Shown here: positions 1 through 8,875 of the stretch, one piece after another | Layout: each line of letters begins with the position of its first letter | Numbering within the stretch: position 1 is the first letter of the stretch | DNA from: an uncultured Gammaproteobacteria bacterium | GTDB taxonomy: Bacteria; Patescibacteriota; Patescibacteriia; UBA9934 | Direction: 5' to 3' | Length of the DNA: 64,000 nucleotides | NCBI GenBank assembly: GCA_964344415.1 | Contig: CAYFMS010000001.1 | Span: 100,214 to 164,213, forward strand | Position numbers and translations under genes: made by a program | Notes under the pieces: generated by a model | The model's input: the letters and a program-made list of their open reading frames with translations, nothing else | The model's database searches: none | Told to the model about the DNA's origin: nothing

Positions 1-404
1 TTCAGCACGTGAATCAAAGACTTGTGTCTGCTCACTGCAGGTCGCAAACCGACACATATGTACGCGTATGCTTTGAACTCGGCGGGCTCGATATCCTTGA
101 AATGAAGGATGGGTACAAACCCCACAGTGTACACACCGGAACACCTATGCCGCCCGGAAAGCCCATGGAGCCTGGTGGCATTCTATTCATTCTCACGCTC
201 TTGGTCATCAATGGAGGCATTCGCGTTCCAATGTCCATCAAGTGTGGAGGTGCTACCATTGACCTGGGCGATCACCAGGAACGAATGCCGCATATCAGCG
301 TCACCCCAGACCCTAGTTCTGAGGGCGGTATCATTCTCCTGAACTTGCATGATGTGAGTTCGGAAACGGAATATGCGGGGATGGCATCAGCTGCACTTAT
401 CTAG
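1..404 (+). CDS. 3' part of a hypothetical protein truncated by the window start; Gly-rich repeats faintly reminiscent of a GXGXG/beta-helix-like fold
   Basis: ORF runs from the window edge to TAG at 402-404 and is followed by a hairpin plus T-run. Local GC ~52%, clearly above the neighbouring genes. Confidence 0.3.
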   Translation, partial: QHVNQRLVSAHCRSQTDTYVRVCFELGGLDILEMKDGYKPHSVHTGTPMPPGKPMEPGGILFILTLLVINGGIRVPMSIKCGGATIDLGDHQERMPHISVTPDPSSEGGIILLNLHDVSSETEYAGMASAALI

Positions 405-424
405 CACCCAGTCACTATTGGGCT

Positions 425-449
425 GCGGGGGCTTCGGCCCTCTTTTTTT
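425..449 (+). terminator. Rho-independent terminator
   Basis: Stem gggc/ttcg/gccc followed by a T7 run. Confidence 0.5.
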
Positions 450-480
450 ATACACGCAGAGCATGTAGACTGCAGGATGT

Positions 481-1926
481 ATGCAAATGGGCAAAAAAAT
501 TGCACAAAATACAGCCATTCAAATTATCGGAAAAATCCTGTCGGCCTTTTTCGGCATTGCTACCGTTGCTGTTCTTGCACGCATTCTTGGTGTTGAAGGA
601 TACGGAGAACTCACCCTTATTCTTAGTTTCCTCGCCATTTTTGCAACACTTGTTGATTTTGGCTTCACGCTCACCGTCGTGCAGATGATTTCAGAAGATA
701 GCAAGCGCGAAAATAGCATTATTGGCAATATTTTAACGCTTCGCATTCTTTCTGGATTTCTTTTCCTGGGCCTTGCGCCAATCATCGCCATCTTTTTCCC
801 ATATGCACCTGTCGTAAAACTAGGTATTGCCATTGGAGCCATTTCTTACCTTGGAGCAACAACATCACAAATGCTCATTGGGATTTTTCAAAAAAATCTT
901 GTCATGTCGCGGCCAGTGCTCGCCGAACTTTTTAATCGAACCATTGTTCTCATCGGTGCAATCCTTGCTGGTCATTTAGGAATCGGACTTCTTGGCGTCA
1001 TGTGGATTTTTGTTATCGGAAATGCTGCGCAGCTCATAACGGTACTCTATTTTGCTCTACGTTATGTAAAAATTAAACTCCAAATCTCGGCAGCAATGTG
1101 GCGCGAAATCATCACACGCAGTTGGCCAATCGGTGCATCTATATTCTTCACACTTATTTATCTTCGAGGCGATATTGTCTTCCTTTCCGTTCTTCGCGAC
1201 AATCCAGAGGCAGAGATCGGTATCTATGGGCTCGCATATAAGGTTATCGATGTCCTGACCGCCATCCCCGTTATGTATATGGGGCTTATCTTGCCTCTTC
1301 TCGTCGGTGCATGGGCAGCAAAAGACCGGGATGCATTTTCGCGTATTCTGCAGGGAGCATTCGATTTCTTTTCTGTTACTGCCCTCCCCGTCGTTGTCGG
1401 TTCGATGTTGGTAGGAACAGAAATTATCACACTCATTGCTGGACCTGAATTCGCCGAGGCTGGACGCATTCTTTATCTTCTTGGCCCTACACTATTATTT
1501 GTTTTCTATGGAGCACTTTATGGACATGCCGTGGTTGGTATTCAAAAACAATTGCCGATGACATGGAATTATCTTGCTGTCGCCCTCTTTACTATTGCCG
1601 GTTATATTATTTTCATCCCCCAGTTTGGTATGTACGGAGCCGCCGTCTTTACCCTTGCATCTGAGATGCTCATCACCCTCCTCGCATTCCTTATGGTGAA
1701 GCGATATACAAATCATGCTCCGAATCTAGCACTCTTTGGCAAATCATTACTCGCTGCGTTAGCAATGGCGGCTGTTCTTTACTTGTTGCCGTCCATGCAT
1801 GTCATCATAAGCATTCTCATTGGTGCTATCGCTTATACTGCGGTGCTCATTATGATGGGCGGTCCTCGCCCAAGGGACCTCATTGCCCTTTTTGCGCCGG
1901 AAAAGCCACCAATTACTCAAGGTTAA
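481..1926 (+). CDS. polysaccharide/lipid-linked oligosaccharide flippase (MOP superfamily, Wzx/MurJ-like)
   Basis: 481-aa protein with ~12-14 hydrophobic helices; N-terminal KIAQNTAIQIIGKILSAFFGIATVAVLARILG is typical of Wzx/MurJ flippases. Confidence 0.6.
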   Translation: MQMGKKIAQNTAIQIIGKILSAFFGIATVAVLARILGVEGYGELTLILSFLAIFATLVDFGFTLTVVQMISEDSKRENSIIGNILTLRILSGFLFLGLAPIIAIFFPYAPVVKLGIAIGAISYLGATTSQMLIGIFQKNLVMSRPVLAELFNRTIVLIGAILAGHLGIGLLGVMWIFVIGNAAQLITVLYFALRYVKIKLQISAAMWREIITRSWPIGASIFFTLIYLRGDIVFLSVLRDNPEAEIGIYGLAYKVIDVLTAIPVMYMGLILPLLVGAWAAKDRDAFSRILQGAFDFFSVTALPVVVGSMLVGTEIITLIAGPEFAEAGRILYLLGPTLLFVFYGALYGHAVVGIQKQLPMTWNYLAVALFTIAGYIIFIPQFGMYGAAVFTLASEMLITLLAFLMVKRYTNHAPNLALFGKSLLAALAMAAVLYLLPSMHVIISILIGAIAYTAVLIMMGGPRPRDLIALFAPEKPPITQG

Positions 1927-1927
1927 T

Positions 1928-3124
1928 ATGATAATCGCCTCTTCCATTATTGCTATTTTATTCGCCTATCTCAGCGTGAAGCATTATAAATGGTCGCTCA
2001 TCGTCCTTGCGGGGCTCCTTCCCCTCTACATGATCCGTTTCGATGTCGGCATCCCCTTTACCCTCCTTGAAATCCTTATTTTGATTACAATTGCTCGGTT
2101 TTTTACACTTCAACCGAAGTTGAAAAGCCTTCTTTGGAAAAACAAAGCTCTCCCTGGCATTATCATTCTTCTGATCGCGGCGACGATTGGAATTTTTGTA
2201 GCGCCTGACACATATTCAGCGCTTGGTATTTGGAATGCGTATTTCATCGAACCGATATTTCTCTTTTTGATCTACACATCGACGCTCAAAAAACAAGATT
2301 GGCCGCATGTATTTTCTGCCTTCATGATCAGCGCCCTTTTCGTAAGCCTATTTGGCATTTTTCAATGGGTATTTAATATTGGCATCCCCGTTCCATGGGA
2401 TATCGAGAGGAGAATCACCAGCATATTCCCCTACCCGAATGCTGTTGGATTGTATGTCGCCCCTATCATCGGCATTGCTGTCACATCTTTGATAACAAAA
2501 ATGCATAAACCAATTCTTCCAATTCTCACTGTCATTTTTGGTAGCATTGCCATCGTCCTTGCTGAAACCGAAGCTGCATTCGTCGCCATTCCGGCCGGAC
2601 TACTTATAGCATTTTTATTCAGCAAGGCTCGGGCCAAGATGAAATTGATCACAGCAGGGATTTCAGCACTCATCGGCTTACTTCTCTTTGCTTTCATTCC
2701 GATTGTCAAAACAAAATTGACATTACAGGACTATTCGGGACAGGTAAGATTGTCGCAATGGTCAGAAACGATGGAGATGCTGAAGACTCGACCTCTGTTT
2801 GGATCAGGTCTAAACGGATATCCCGAAGCACTTGCGCCATTTCATGATCCGTCACTGTATGAGATTTTTCAATATCCTCATAATCTTTTCCTGAATATTT
2901 GGACGGAATTAGGTTTACTTGGAATTCTTGGATTTTTTATCCTGACATTTGCTGCGCTGCGCTATTCATCAAGAGATCCACTTTCCATTGTGGTAATCGC
3001 TTCCCTTTCTATTATGCTTATTCATGGAATGGTTGATGTTCCTTATTTTAAAAATGATTTGGCAGTCATGACATGGGTTCTGCTTGCTGTCCTATTCATG
3101 CAAAGATCAAAAAAAATAATATGA
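1928..3124 (+). CDS. O-antigen ligase-like (Wzy_C/WaaL family) polytopic membrane protein
   Basis: Multi-TM protein immediately downstream of the flippase. Start placed at ATG 1928, which sits in frame inside the longer ORF 1883..3124. Confidence 0.45.
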   Translation: MIIASSIIAILFAYLSVKHYKWSLIVLAGLLPLYMIRFDVGIPFTLLEILILITIARFFTLQPKLKSLLWKNKALPGIIILLIAATIGIFVAPDTYSALGIWNAYFIEPIFLFLIYTSTLKKQDWPHVFSAFMISALFVSLFGIFQWVFNIGIPVPWDIERRITSIFPYPNAVGLYVAPIIGIAVTSLITKMHKPILPILTVIFGSIAIVLAETEAAFVAIPAGLLIAFLFSKARAKMKLITAGISALIGLLLFAFIPIVKTKLTLQDYSGQVRLSQWSETMEMLKTRPLFGSGLNGYPEALAPFHDPSLYEIFQYPHNLFLNIWTELGLLGILGFFILTFAALRYSSRDPLSIVVIASLSIMLIHGMVDVPYFKNDLAVMTWVLLAVLFMQRSKKII

Positions 3125-3648
3125 AAAAAGTCATTGTGGGTTCGAAAAATCCTGTAAAAATTGAAGCGGCGCGCACTGCATTTGAATTAATCTTTCCAGA
3201 AGATACATTTGAATGTATTGGCCATGGAGCTCCTTCTGGCGTAAGCGACCAGCCCATCGGCGATGAAGAGACGCTTCAAGGAGCTGAAAATCGAGCGGCC
3301 GCATGTAAAGAGGCTTTTCCTGAAGCAGACTTTTGGATTGGATTAGAGGGCGGAAATGAAGAAGTGAATGGTCATCATTTTGCCATGGCATGGATGGTGA
3401 CAATGCATGGTGATGGTATTGGACGCGGAAATGTTGGCGCATTTCCTCTTCCCCCAAAAGTGGTTGAGCTCGTTCAACAAGGCATGGAGCTTGGCCATGC
3501 CAATGATATTGTTTTCAAAAGTAAAGAATCAAAAAAAGGGATTGGGGCCAGCGGACTTTTGACCAATGAATTGATTACACGGTCAGATTACTATACCCGC
3601 GGTGTTATTTTTTCCCTCATTCCTTTTATTAATGGGGATTTATATTAG
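3121..3648 (+). CDS. non-canonical purine NTP phosphatase (inosine/xanthosine triphosphatase, YjjX family)
   Basis: MKKVIVGSKNPVKIEAARTAF...GLEGG matches the YjjX/Maf-Ham1-like family. Start taken at ATG 3121, overlapping the upstream gene stop by 4 nt. Confidence 0.6.
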   Translation: MKKVIVGSKNPVKIEAARTAFELIFPEDTFECIGHGAPSGVSDQPIGDEETLQGAENRAAACKEAFPEADFWIGLEGGNEEVNGHHFAMAWMVTMHGDGIGRGNVGAFPLPPKVVELVQQGMELGHANDIVFKSKESKKGIGASGLLTNELITRSDYYTRGVIFSLIPFINGDLY

Positions 3649-3830
3649 ATCGCGAAGTAAGTAGTTAGTAGAAAGTAGTCGACAAGTCGAGCGGTGAATT
3701 GGATAGTATGCGCGAAGGATATTGGATGAAATTTCCATGAAATACGAGCAGCGGAGCCGAGTGTACTGGAACGTACATGAGGCGAGCAGCGCAGTATTGA
3801 GTGAAAAGTTCGCCCCAATAGACAAGCGAC
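3649..3830. repeat. copy of the dispersed C-poor modular intergenic repeat family (modules gtaagtagttagtagaaa and gcgaaggatattggatgaa)
   Basis: The 18-mer gtaagtagttagtagaaa (3656-3673) is identical to 61565-61582. The 19-mer gcgaaggatattggatgaa (3725-3743) is identical to 16091-16109. The plus strand is strongly C-depleted. Confidence 0.6.
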
Positions 3831-3872
3831 AAAAAGAAAAGCGCCCAGCTCACCGTATGTGAGTCAGGGCGC
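3829..3872 (-). terminator. Rho-independent terminator of the 688-aa island gene
   Basis: gcgccc...gggcgc stem with an inner ctcac/gtgag pairing, followed on the minus strand by ttttctttttg. Confidence 0.55.
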
Positions 3873-3889
3873 CTAAGGCACACTTCGGG

Positions 3890-5956
3890 TTATTGGCCCA
3901 GAAGTCTTTTCGCACGCTCGATCGTTACCTCCGCGTGCTCTTCAACTTCTCCCTTATCTGCATGCTCTGCAGATTGACCGCTTTCCCCCTCAACGTATTG
4001 TTCTACGCTCGGCGAAAGGTTTGACCAGACCACAAGCATGGCCAGCAATGCTGCCACATAGCCAGCAACCTGCACATCCGTTCGCTTGAGCAGCTTTCCG
4101 GAATAGTGCAGCGCAATCGACGCCGCGATCAGCACAGGGATGTACCACCAATGAAGCCATGTTCCATCGAAGAAACGTTGCACCACTGGGAAGCCCATAA
4201 CAACATGGATGCCGAAGATGAAACCCCAGAAGATAGCATTCGCACCTGCGACCCCCAGGATATTCACTTGGACCTGTTCCATATTTTTGCGCTCAGCCTT
4301 GTCCTTGTACAGTGCTGTCCAGAACCAGCCGGTAAGTTCGGCAGGAATAAGGATTGCACTGACAAGTACGAAGAAGAGAGCCGTATTGCTGCTCCATGCA
4401 TTCAGCTGGAAGTACATCGTCGACACAATCCACAGCCCCACCCACACAACAGTGTTAATGATGCCGCGAATCTTGGAACCAGGTCGCCACCGATAAAGGG
4501 GCGACACAGGTCTATCGATCGGGAACTCGAATCCGCCCAGCTTGCTGAGCTTGCCGATCAGAGATCCCTGTGTCTCGTCCCTCTTTGCCTCGGGTGCTGG
4601 TCCGCCGAGTACATTGAACAGAGGAATGACGATGATTACGAATGGCAACATGGCAAGGTTTCCCATCAACCATAGCAGCAATCCGTATTCCCAACTTTCC
4701 GCGCTCCACTCGAGCAGTGTGCCGAGTGTGTACGGGGCGGCATAGGCAAGCGTCGATGTAATCAATGACGCTCCAAGCAGTCCCGTGACGATCTGCGACG
4801 CAGCTCGTACACCCGGACGCGTTGCACGCCAACGAATCAACATCCCAACACCGAAACCAATGAAGGAAACGATCGGGATGATGGTGCTCGCAGCAACGTA
4901 GAGGTTTGGATATGGCGTTGGGAGCACCGATGTCAGTGCTCCCGTCACCACGTTGACCAGCCCCTCCGCGGCCATACCACCAAGAATACCAACCGCAAAC
5001 GCGACGATACTCAAGGCAATCGCAGCTGCATCTTCGCCGCTGGCGTCGAACCAATCATGCCATCCTTCTCGATCTTCCGGATCGGACAGCGGATCGAGTC
5101 CATCGAAGACCCATGCATATATGCGAGAAGAAATGCCGTATTTCTTCGAACGCTGCCCTGTCGCTTCACATGCATCGACGAAATCGATGAGCCTTCTGTT
5201 GTACAGGCTCATTAAGCGCTGCTTAGAGTCGTCCATGACTCTCCGCTCTTGTGCAGACAGAATGTCCTCACCTTGGCGCTGACCTTCCTCTGCCGATCCC
5301 CGTCTTCTCTCTGCATGTCGATCGCGTAATCGTCGATTCACGCCCTCGATATTGTTGAGGTCACGATGCGCACGATTGACTTCGTCTGCTGTCAGCTCCG
5401 GAAGTCGAGCAATGACTTTCGAGTTCTCTTCCATGGCGGCGGCCACATGTTGCAATGCAGCACGGCATCCACGAATCGGCAGCAAGTCCTGGTCACGAGC
5501 CGACCGCAACATGCGGCGCAGCAAGGCGAGCTCTGTATCCCGATTTGGAAGATCAGGAAGCGGCGGGTCTGGCGGGCTCCTCTCAGCATCGTCAGCCGGA
5601 TCAGAGTCATGCGAGTCCCTCGCCCTTTTGAGGTCGCGTCGGAGCCTGGATGCCCATCGTTCGCGGTCACGCTCATTCGCTTTCACGCGCCAAGCGCGCG
5701 CCACATCTTCGCTGAGCACCTCGAATGCCGAGATGATCACCGGACGGGCCCAAACAGGCACGCGAGGATGACTCCCAATGGTCTCACCAATCAGCTTCAG
5801 GGCGAAGCGATTCATGAATGTGTCCATGACCAGTCCTAAGACTTGCGTGGTCATGTCCATCACCTGCCGCTCTGACAGATCTGCTTCACCAGACGGAAGT
5901 CCAGTGAAGACCTTGTCGGTCAACCAATTGATGACTGTTTCTTTCGTTGGGTTCAT
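3890..5956 (-). CDS. hypothetical polytopic membrane protein: ~300-aa charged/coiled N-terminal cytoplasmic domain plus ~10 C-terminal TM helices; no family recognised
   Basis: 688-aa ORF with SD GGAGG 6 nt upstream. GC ~58% with G/C-ending codons, unlike the host. The N-terminus is Arg/Asp/Glu-rich (RRDLKRARDSHDSDPADDAERSPPDPP). Confidence 0.7.
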   Translation of the reverse strand: MNPTKETVINWLTDKVFTGLPSGEADLSERQVMDMTTQVLGLVMDTFMNRFALKLIGETIGSHPRVPVWARPVIISAFEVLSEDVARAWRVKANERDRERWASRLRRDLKRARDSHDSDPADDAERSPPDPPLPDLPNRDTELALLRRMLRSARDQDLLPIRGCRAALQHVAAAMEENSKVIARLPELTADEVNRAHRDLNNIEGVNRRLRDRHAERRRGSAEEGQRQGEDILSAQERRVMDDSKQRLMSLYNRRLIDFVDACEATGQRSKKYGISSRIYAWVFDGLDPLSDPEDREGWHDWFDASGEDAAAIALSIVAFAVGILGGMAAEGLVNVVTGALTSVLPTPYPNLYVAASTIIPIVSFIGFGVGMLIRWRATRPGVRAASQIVTGLLGASLITSTLAYAAPYTLGTLLEWSAESWEYGLLLWLMGNLAMLPFVIIVIPLFNVLGGPAPEAKRDETQGSLIGKLSKLGGFEFPIDRPVSPLYRWRPGSKIRGIINTVVWVGLWIVSTMYFQLNAWSSNTALFFVLVSAILIPAELTGWFWTALYKDKAERKNMEQVQVNILGVAGANAIFWGFIFGIHVVMGFPVVQRFFDGTWLHWWYIPVLIAASIALHYSGKLLKRTDVQVAGYVAALLAMLVVWSNLSPSVEQYVEGESGQSAEHADKGEVEEHAEVTIERAKRLLGQ

Positions 5957-6078
5957 GAGAACCTCCTATGAAGTTTGAAGTTTTGAAATTGTGTAGGTTC
6001 GATACCGGATTTTAACGATTTTACGCCAAATCCAGGCCACTTTTTATACCATAAAATGGGCTTTTTGTCAATCCAACC

Positions 6079-6116
6079 AATATCGGATATAAACAGGCCT
6101 ATTTTTATCCGATATT
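6079..6116. promoter_or_regulatory. 11-bp perfect inverted repeat (aatatcggata ... tatccgatatt), operator-like, in the divergent island promoter region
   Basis: Arms at 6079-6089 and 6106-6116 are exact reverse complements, separated by 16 nt. Confidence 0.4.
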
Positions 6117-6182
6117 AATCATTGATTTTATATCGAATATTTGATTTCTGGCTGGTTTTAGCCAAAAAATCAACAAAAAATA

Positions 6183-6211
6183 TTGACAAAAAGCTTAAAA
6201 AATGCTATAAA
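6183..6211 (+). promoter_or_regulatory. sigma70-type promoter (TTGACA-17-TATAAA) for the 6292-7559 operon
   Basis: TTGACA at 6183-6188, a 17-nt spacer, then TATAAA at 6206-6211 preceded by TGC. GGAGGT SD sits 7 nt before ATG 6292. Confidence 0.55.
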
Positions 6212-6291
6212 TGTTAGCCTAAGTATGCCTCTGCATGCAAAGGATTTGTTCTTTATCACCTGATTAAACCCTTACAGATTGGAGGTGCCAT

Positions 6292-6870
6292 ATGGCACGC
6301 ATGATGTTTTTCTTGATGGTCATCCTGACGAGTGCCTGCGCCAAGCAGGCAACCGTCCAGCCGATGATCGTGGAGGTCGTCAATCCCTGCCCAACGGGGT
6401 ATGAGCTGATGACCAGTTCGCGTGAGACGCGAAGCACCAACTATCGTTTCGGTAGTTGGTCAAGTGTCGGCGGCAATGGCCGCGAAACCGTCACGCGTCG
6501 CTGCGTGAAAGTTGCTCCTGTGGTGCAAACAGCACCTCAGCCTCCCGTCTTCGTCACCGCCGTGCCGTCCCATGTGGCGGCATATGAGGTGAACGTAGAA
6601 GAGTTGCAGCAGACGCAGTGGGCAATCATGGAAGAAGAGGTCGCCGTACAAAAACGTGCGCTTGAGATTTCCAAGAGCCGACGTGATGAGATTGCGCTGG
6701 CACTCGCGACGGCGAAGGATGACCTGGCTGCGGCAAGACGCCTTGGAGCGGACATACTTCGTAAAGCACGACGCGTCGCGTACCTCGAGGCGCTTCTGTC
6801 AGAGATGGCGGATGTCACGAATTCCTTGATCGATCAGATCGAGGCTGATCAGAATGGAGGTGTGAATTGA
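6292..6870 (+). CDS. hypothetical secreted protein or lipoprotein with a C-terminal coiled-coil
   Basis: Signal peptide MARMMFFLMVILTSAC followed by Cys. C-terminal heptad-like region EELQQTQWAIMEEEVAVQKRALEISKSRRDEIALALATAKDDLAAARR. GC-rich. Confidence 0.6.
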   Translation: MARMMFFLMVILTSACAKQATVQPMIVEVVNPCPTGYELMTSSRETRSTNYRFGSWSSVGGNGRETVTRRCVKVAPVVQTAPQPPVFVTAVPSHVAAYEVNVEELQQTQWAIMEEEVAVQKRALEISKSRRDEIALALATAKDDLAAARRLGADILRKARRVAYLEALLSEMADVTNSLIDQIEADQNGGVN

Positions 6871-7559
6871 TCACACTTTTCATCCTGATCGCGGCAGCTC
6901 TCGCGCAAACCGCTGGCTGGGGGCCTGGACATGATCCGCTCAGTCCACTCTCCGGATCGCATCTGACAGATGCGACACAGGAGTGGCCGGTCAATTCCTG
7001 CGTCATCGCAGGGATGCCGGAGGGACGCGGAAAACTCGTGTCCATCACCAACAGTTCAGGATCGACAGCGATTCTGACGGCGGTGAAACGGTACGAGACT
7101 CGCGAAGAGGTGGCTGACAATGTCTACCCACTCGCGGTCATGCGTCCCGGGCAGGCCATGGTCAGCGCCGCAATTCAGTGGGAAGAAGATGGCAGTCGCC
7201 GTCGATATCCACTGAAAAGTGGTGAAACCTGTTACATGCGCCTTCCTGCAGGGCGGTGGGTCATCGAGATGTGGGAAATCCCAAATCTCGACAGCACCCC
7301 ACCACCTGAGCGCATCATTGCCCGAGGCCATGCGTACATTCCGAATGGCCAAGGGGGATTGAAGCGCGTAGCGCAGCACCTTTCCTTCGACCGTACCCGT
7401 TACGGTAAGGAAGTGCGCTGGCATCAGGAAACGATTCACATCTCATCCCCTGTGGACGAGGTATGGATCGAGGCGCAGGTCATCCGGCAAATGACCAATC
7501 CTCGAGAGAGGATTCGCACGCCAGGGTTCACAATCGACCCACATGACTGGCGCAGCTAG
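6867..7559 (+). CDS. hypothetical secreted protein
   Basis: ATGA overlap with the upstream gene indicates translational coupling. Signal peptide MITLFILIAAALAQTAGWG. GC-rich. A terminator follows. Confidence 0.6.
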   Translation: MITLFILIAAALAQTAGWGPGHDPLSPLSGSHLTDATQEWPVNSCVIAGMPEGRGKLVSITNSSGSTAILTAVKRYETREEVADNVYPLAVMRPGQAMVSAAIQWEEDGSRRRYPLKSGETCYMRLPAGRWVIEMWEIPNLDSTPPPERIIARGHAYIPNGQGGLKRVAQHLSFDRTRYGKEVRWHQETIHISSPVDEVWIEAQVIRQMTNPRERIRTPGFTIDPHDWRS

Positions 7560-7577
7560 TCAGGTGGTTCGATATAA

Positions 7578-7612
7578 CCGATGCTACTCATACGGAGCGG
7601 CATCGGTTTTTT
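7578..7612 (+). terminator. Rho-independent terminator
   Basis: ccgatgc ... gcatcgg 7-bp stem followed by T6. Confidence 0.65.
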
Positions 7613-7614
7613 GC

Positions 7615-7646
7615 AACCAAAAAACAGGCATATGGCCTGTTTTTTA
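7615..7646. terminator. bidirectional terminator hairpin
   Basis: caggc-atatg-gcctg stem flanked by A6 and T6 runs. It also serves the minus-strand pilin array. Confidence 0.55.
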
Positions 7647-7652
7647 TTTTAC

Positions 7653-8024
7653 CTATGATTGCAATCCTGCTTCTGACAATGCGTCGAAGACGAAGTTTGA
7701 AATCGCAAGCGCCGCAAGAATCAAGATAATACCGACAATACCATTGATGAGAAGCTTCTTTGCCTTTTCAACCTTTCCTTCATCTCCCCCAGCCGTCATC
7801 CACATAAATCCAGCATAAAGTGTCAAAATGAGGAAGATAATTCCAAGTACGGAAATAAGCACGGAAATAAGATTCCCAATCAGTGTTGTTAAATCCTGTT
7901 CAGGAAGTCCACTTGCTGCTGAAACGTCACCAAGACGATCCGTTGCAGATGTTTGAGCATGCACTTGAACCGCCACAGCGAGGCTTAGCGGCACAGAAGA
8001 AAGAAGAGCGAGAGCTTTTTTCAT
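7653..8024 (-). CDS. TrbC/VirB2-family pilin-like protein (paralog 1)
   Basis: Signal peptide, then TM1...MWMTAGGDEGKVEKAKKLLINGIVGIILILAALAISNF (TM2). Topology and the AGxMxxxxGG motif resemble RP4 TrbC/VirB2. Confidence 0.6.
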   Translation of the reverse strand: MKKALALLSSVPLSLAVAVQVHAQTSATDRLGDVSAASGLPEQDLTTLIGNLISVLISVLGIIFLILTLYAGFMWMTAGGDEGKVEKAKKLLINGIVGIILILAALAISNFVFDALSEAGLQS

Positions 8025-8038
8025 AAAAAGAGATTAAT

Positions 8039-8440
8039 TTATTGTGTTGCCGTTTCCTCTACAGGTGCAGAAGATGTGGCGCTTTCAATGCTTTGTGTCA
8101 CGAAATTCGCAATCACAAGCGAAGCTGATACAAGTATAATTCCGATGATCGAATTGCGCAACATTGCCTTCGCTTTTTTGACACGGTCTTCATTCCCGCC
8201 CGCTGAAAAATAGAACATTCCACCTACGATGAGATAGCCAAGAAGGACAAGGCCGAGAATGGATAGTAGGACTTGAAGAAGCCTGCCAAGCACTTCTGCA
8301 AAAACAGGTACTTGGTTTTCACTGCCATATACAGCGCTCCCTGCCCGATCCGTTACCGAAGTATAGCTGGGCTGAGCATAGGCAGCACCGGCCGGCAAGA
8401 AAAGAAATGAGATCCCGATGATTGCTAGCAATTTCTTCAT
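8039..8440 (-). CDS. TrbC/VirB2-family pilin-like protein (paralog 2)
   Basis: Same architecture: ...FYFSAGGNEDRVKKAKAMLRNSIIGIILVSASLVIANF. Confidence 0.6.
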   Translation of the reverse strand: MKKLLAIIGISFLFLPAGAAYAQPSYTSVTDRAGSAVYGSENQVPVFAEVLGRLLQVLLSILGLVLLGYLIVGGMFYFSAGGNEDRVKKAKAMLRNSIIGIILVSASLVIANFVTQSIESATSSAPVEETATQ

Positions 8441-8441
8441 A

Positions 8442-8837
8442 TTATGGTGTTGGTGGAGCGGTGGAACTCACCCCAGAAAGCGCTTCTAATAGTAAATTGG
8501 TTATCGCAAAGGCGGCAACAATGATAATCATTCCGACCGTTGCATGTATGAGCAGCTTCTTCGCCTTTGCAACAGAGTCGAGATTCCCCTGATCCGTCAT
8601 CCACATCACACCTGCATAGACCATTTGAACAAGATACACAATTCCGACAAGCCCAAGAAGTGGTCGAATAATGTACACCCCAAGAAAAGTACCTACATCG
8701 ATATTGCGCTGCCCACTCCCATAGGAAAGTTCTGCTGTTTCAAAAAGCCCTATTTCATTTACATCAAGTTGAGCAAAGACAATAACAGGAATAAAAAACA
8801 AACTAAGCATTATGATGGGTAAAATCCATTTCCGCAT
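8442..8837 (-). CDS. TrbC/VirB2-family pilin-like protein (paralog 3)
   Basis: Start taken at internal ATG 8837 (MRKWILPII signal peptide). Motif VMWMTDQGNLDSVAKAKKLLIHATVGMIIIVAAFAITNL. Confidence 0.55.
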   Translation of the reverse strand: MRKWILPIIMLSLFFIPVIVFAQLDVNEIGLFETAELSYGSGQRNIDVGTFLGVYIIRPLLGLVGIVYLVQMVYAGVMWMTDQGNLDSVAKAKKLLIHATVGMIIIVAAFAITNLLLEALSGVSSTAPPTP

Positions 8838-8875
8838 ATCGAAAGGGCCCTTGGCCCAATCGGCATACGACAATG

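Noticed and set aside
4106-5839. Several plus-strand ORFs of 95-189 aa inside the 688-aa island gene (for example 4106..4675, 5366..5839).
   Set aside because: They are antisense or overlapping frames within a high-GC gene. High GC inflates spurious ORF length. They have no SD and no independent evidence.
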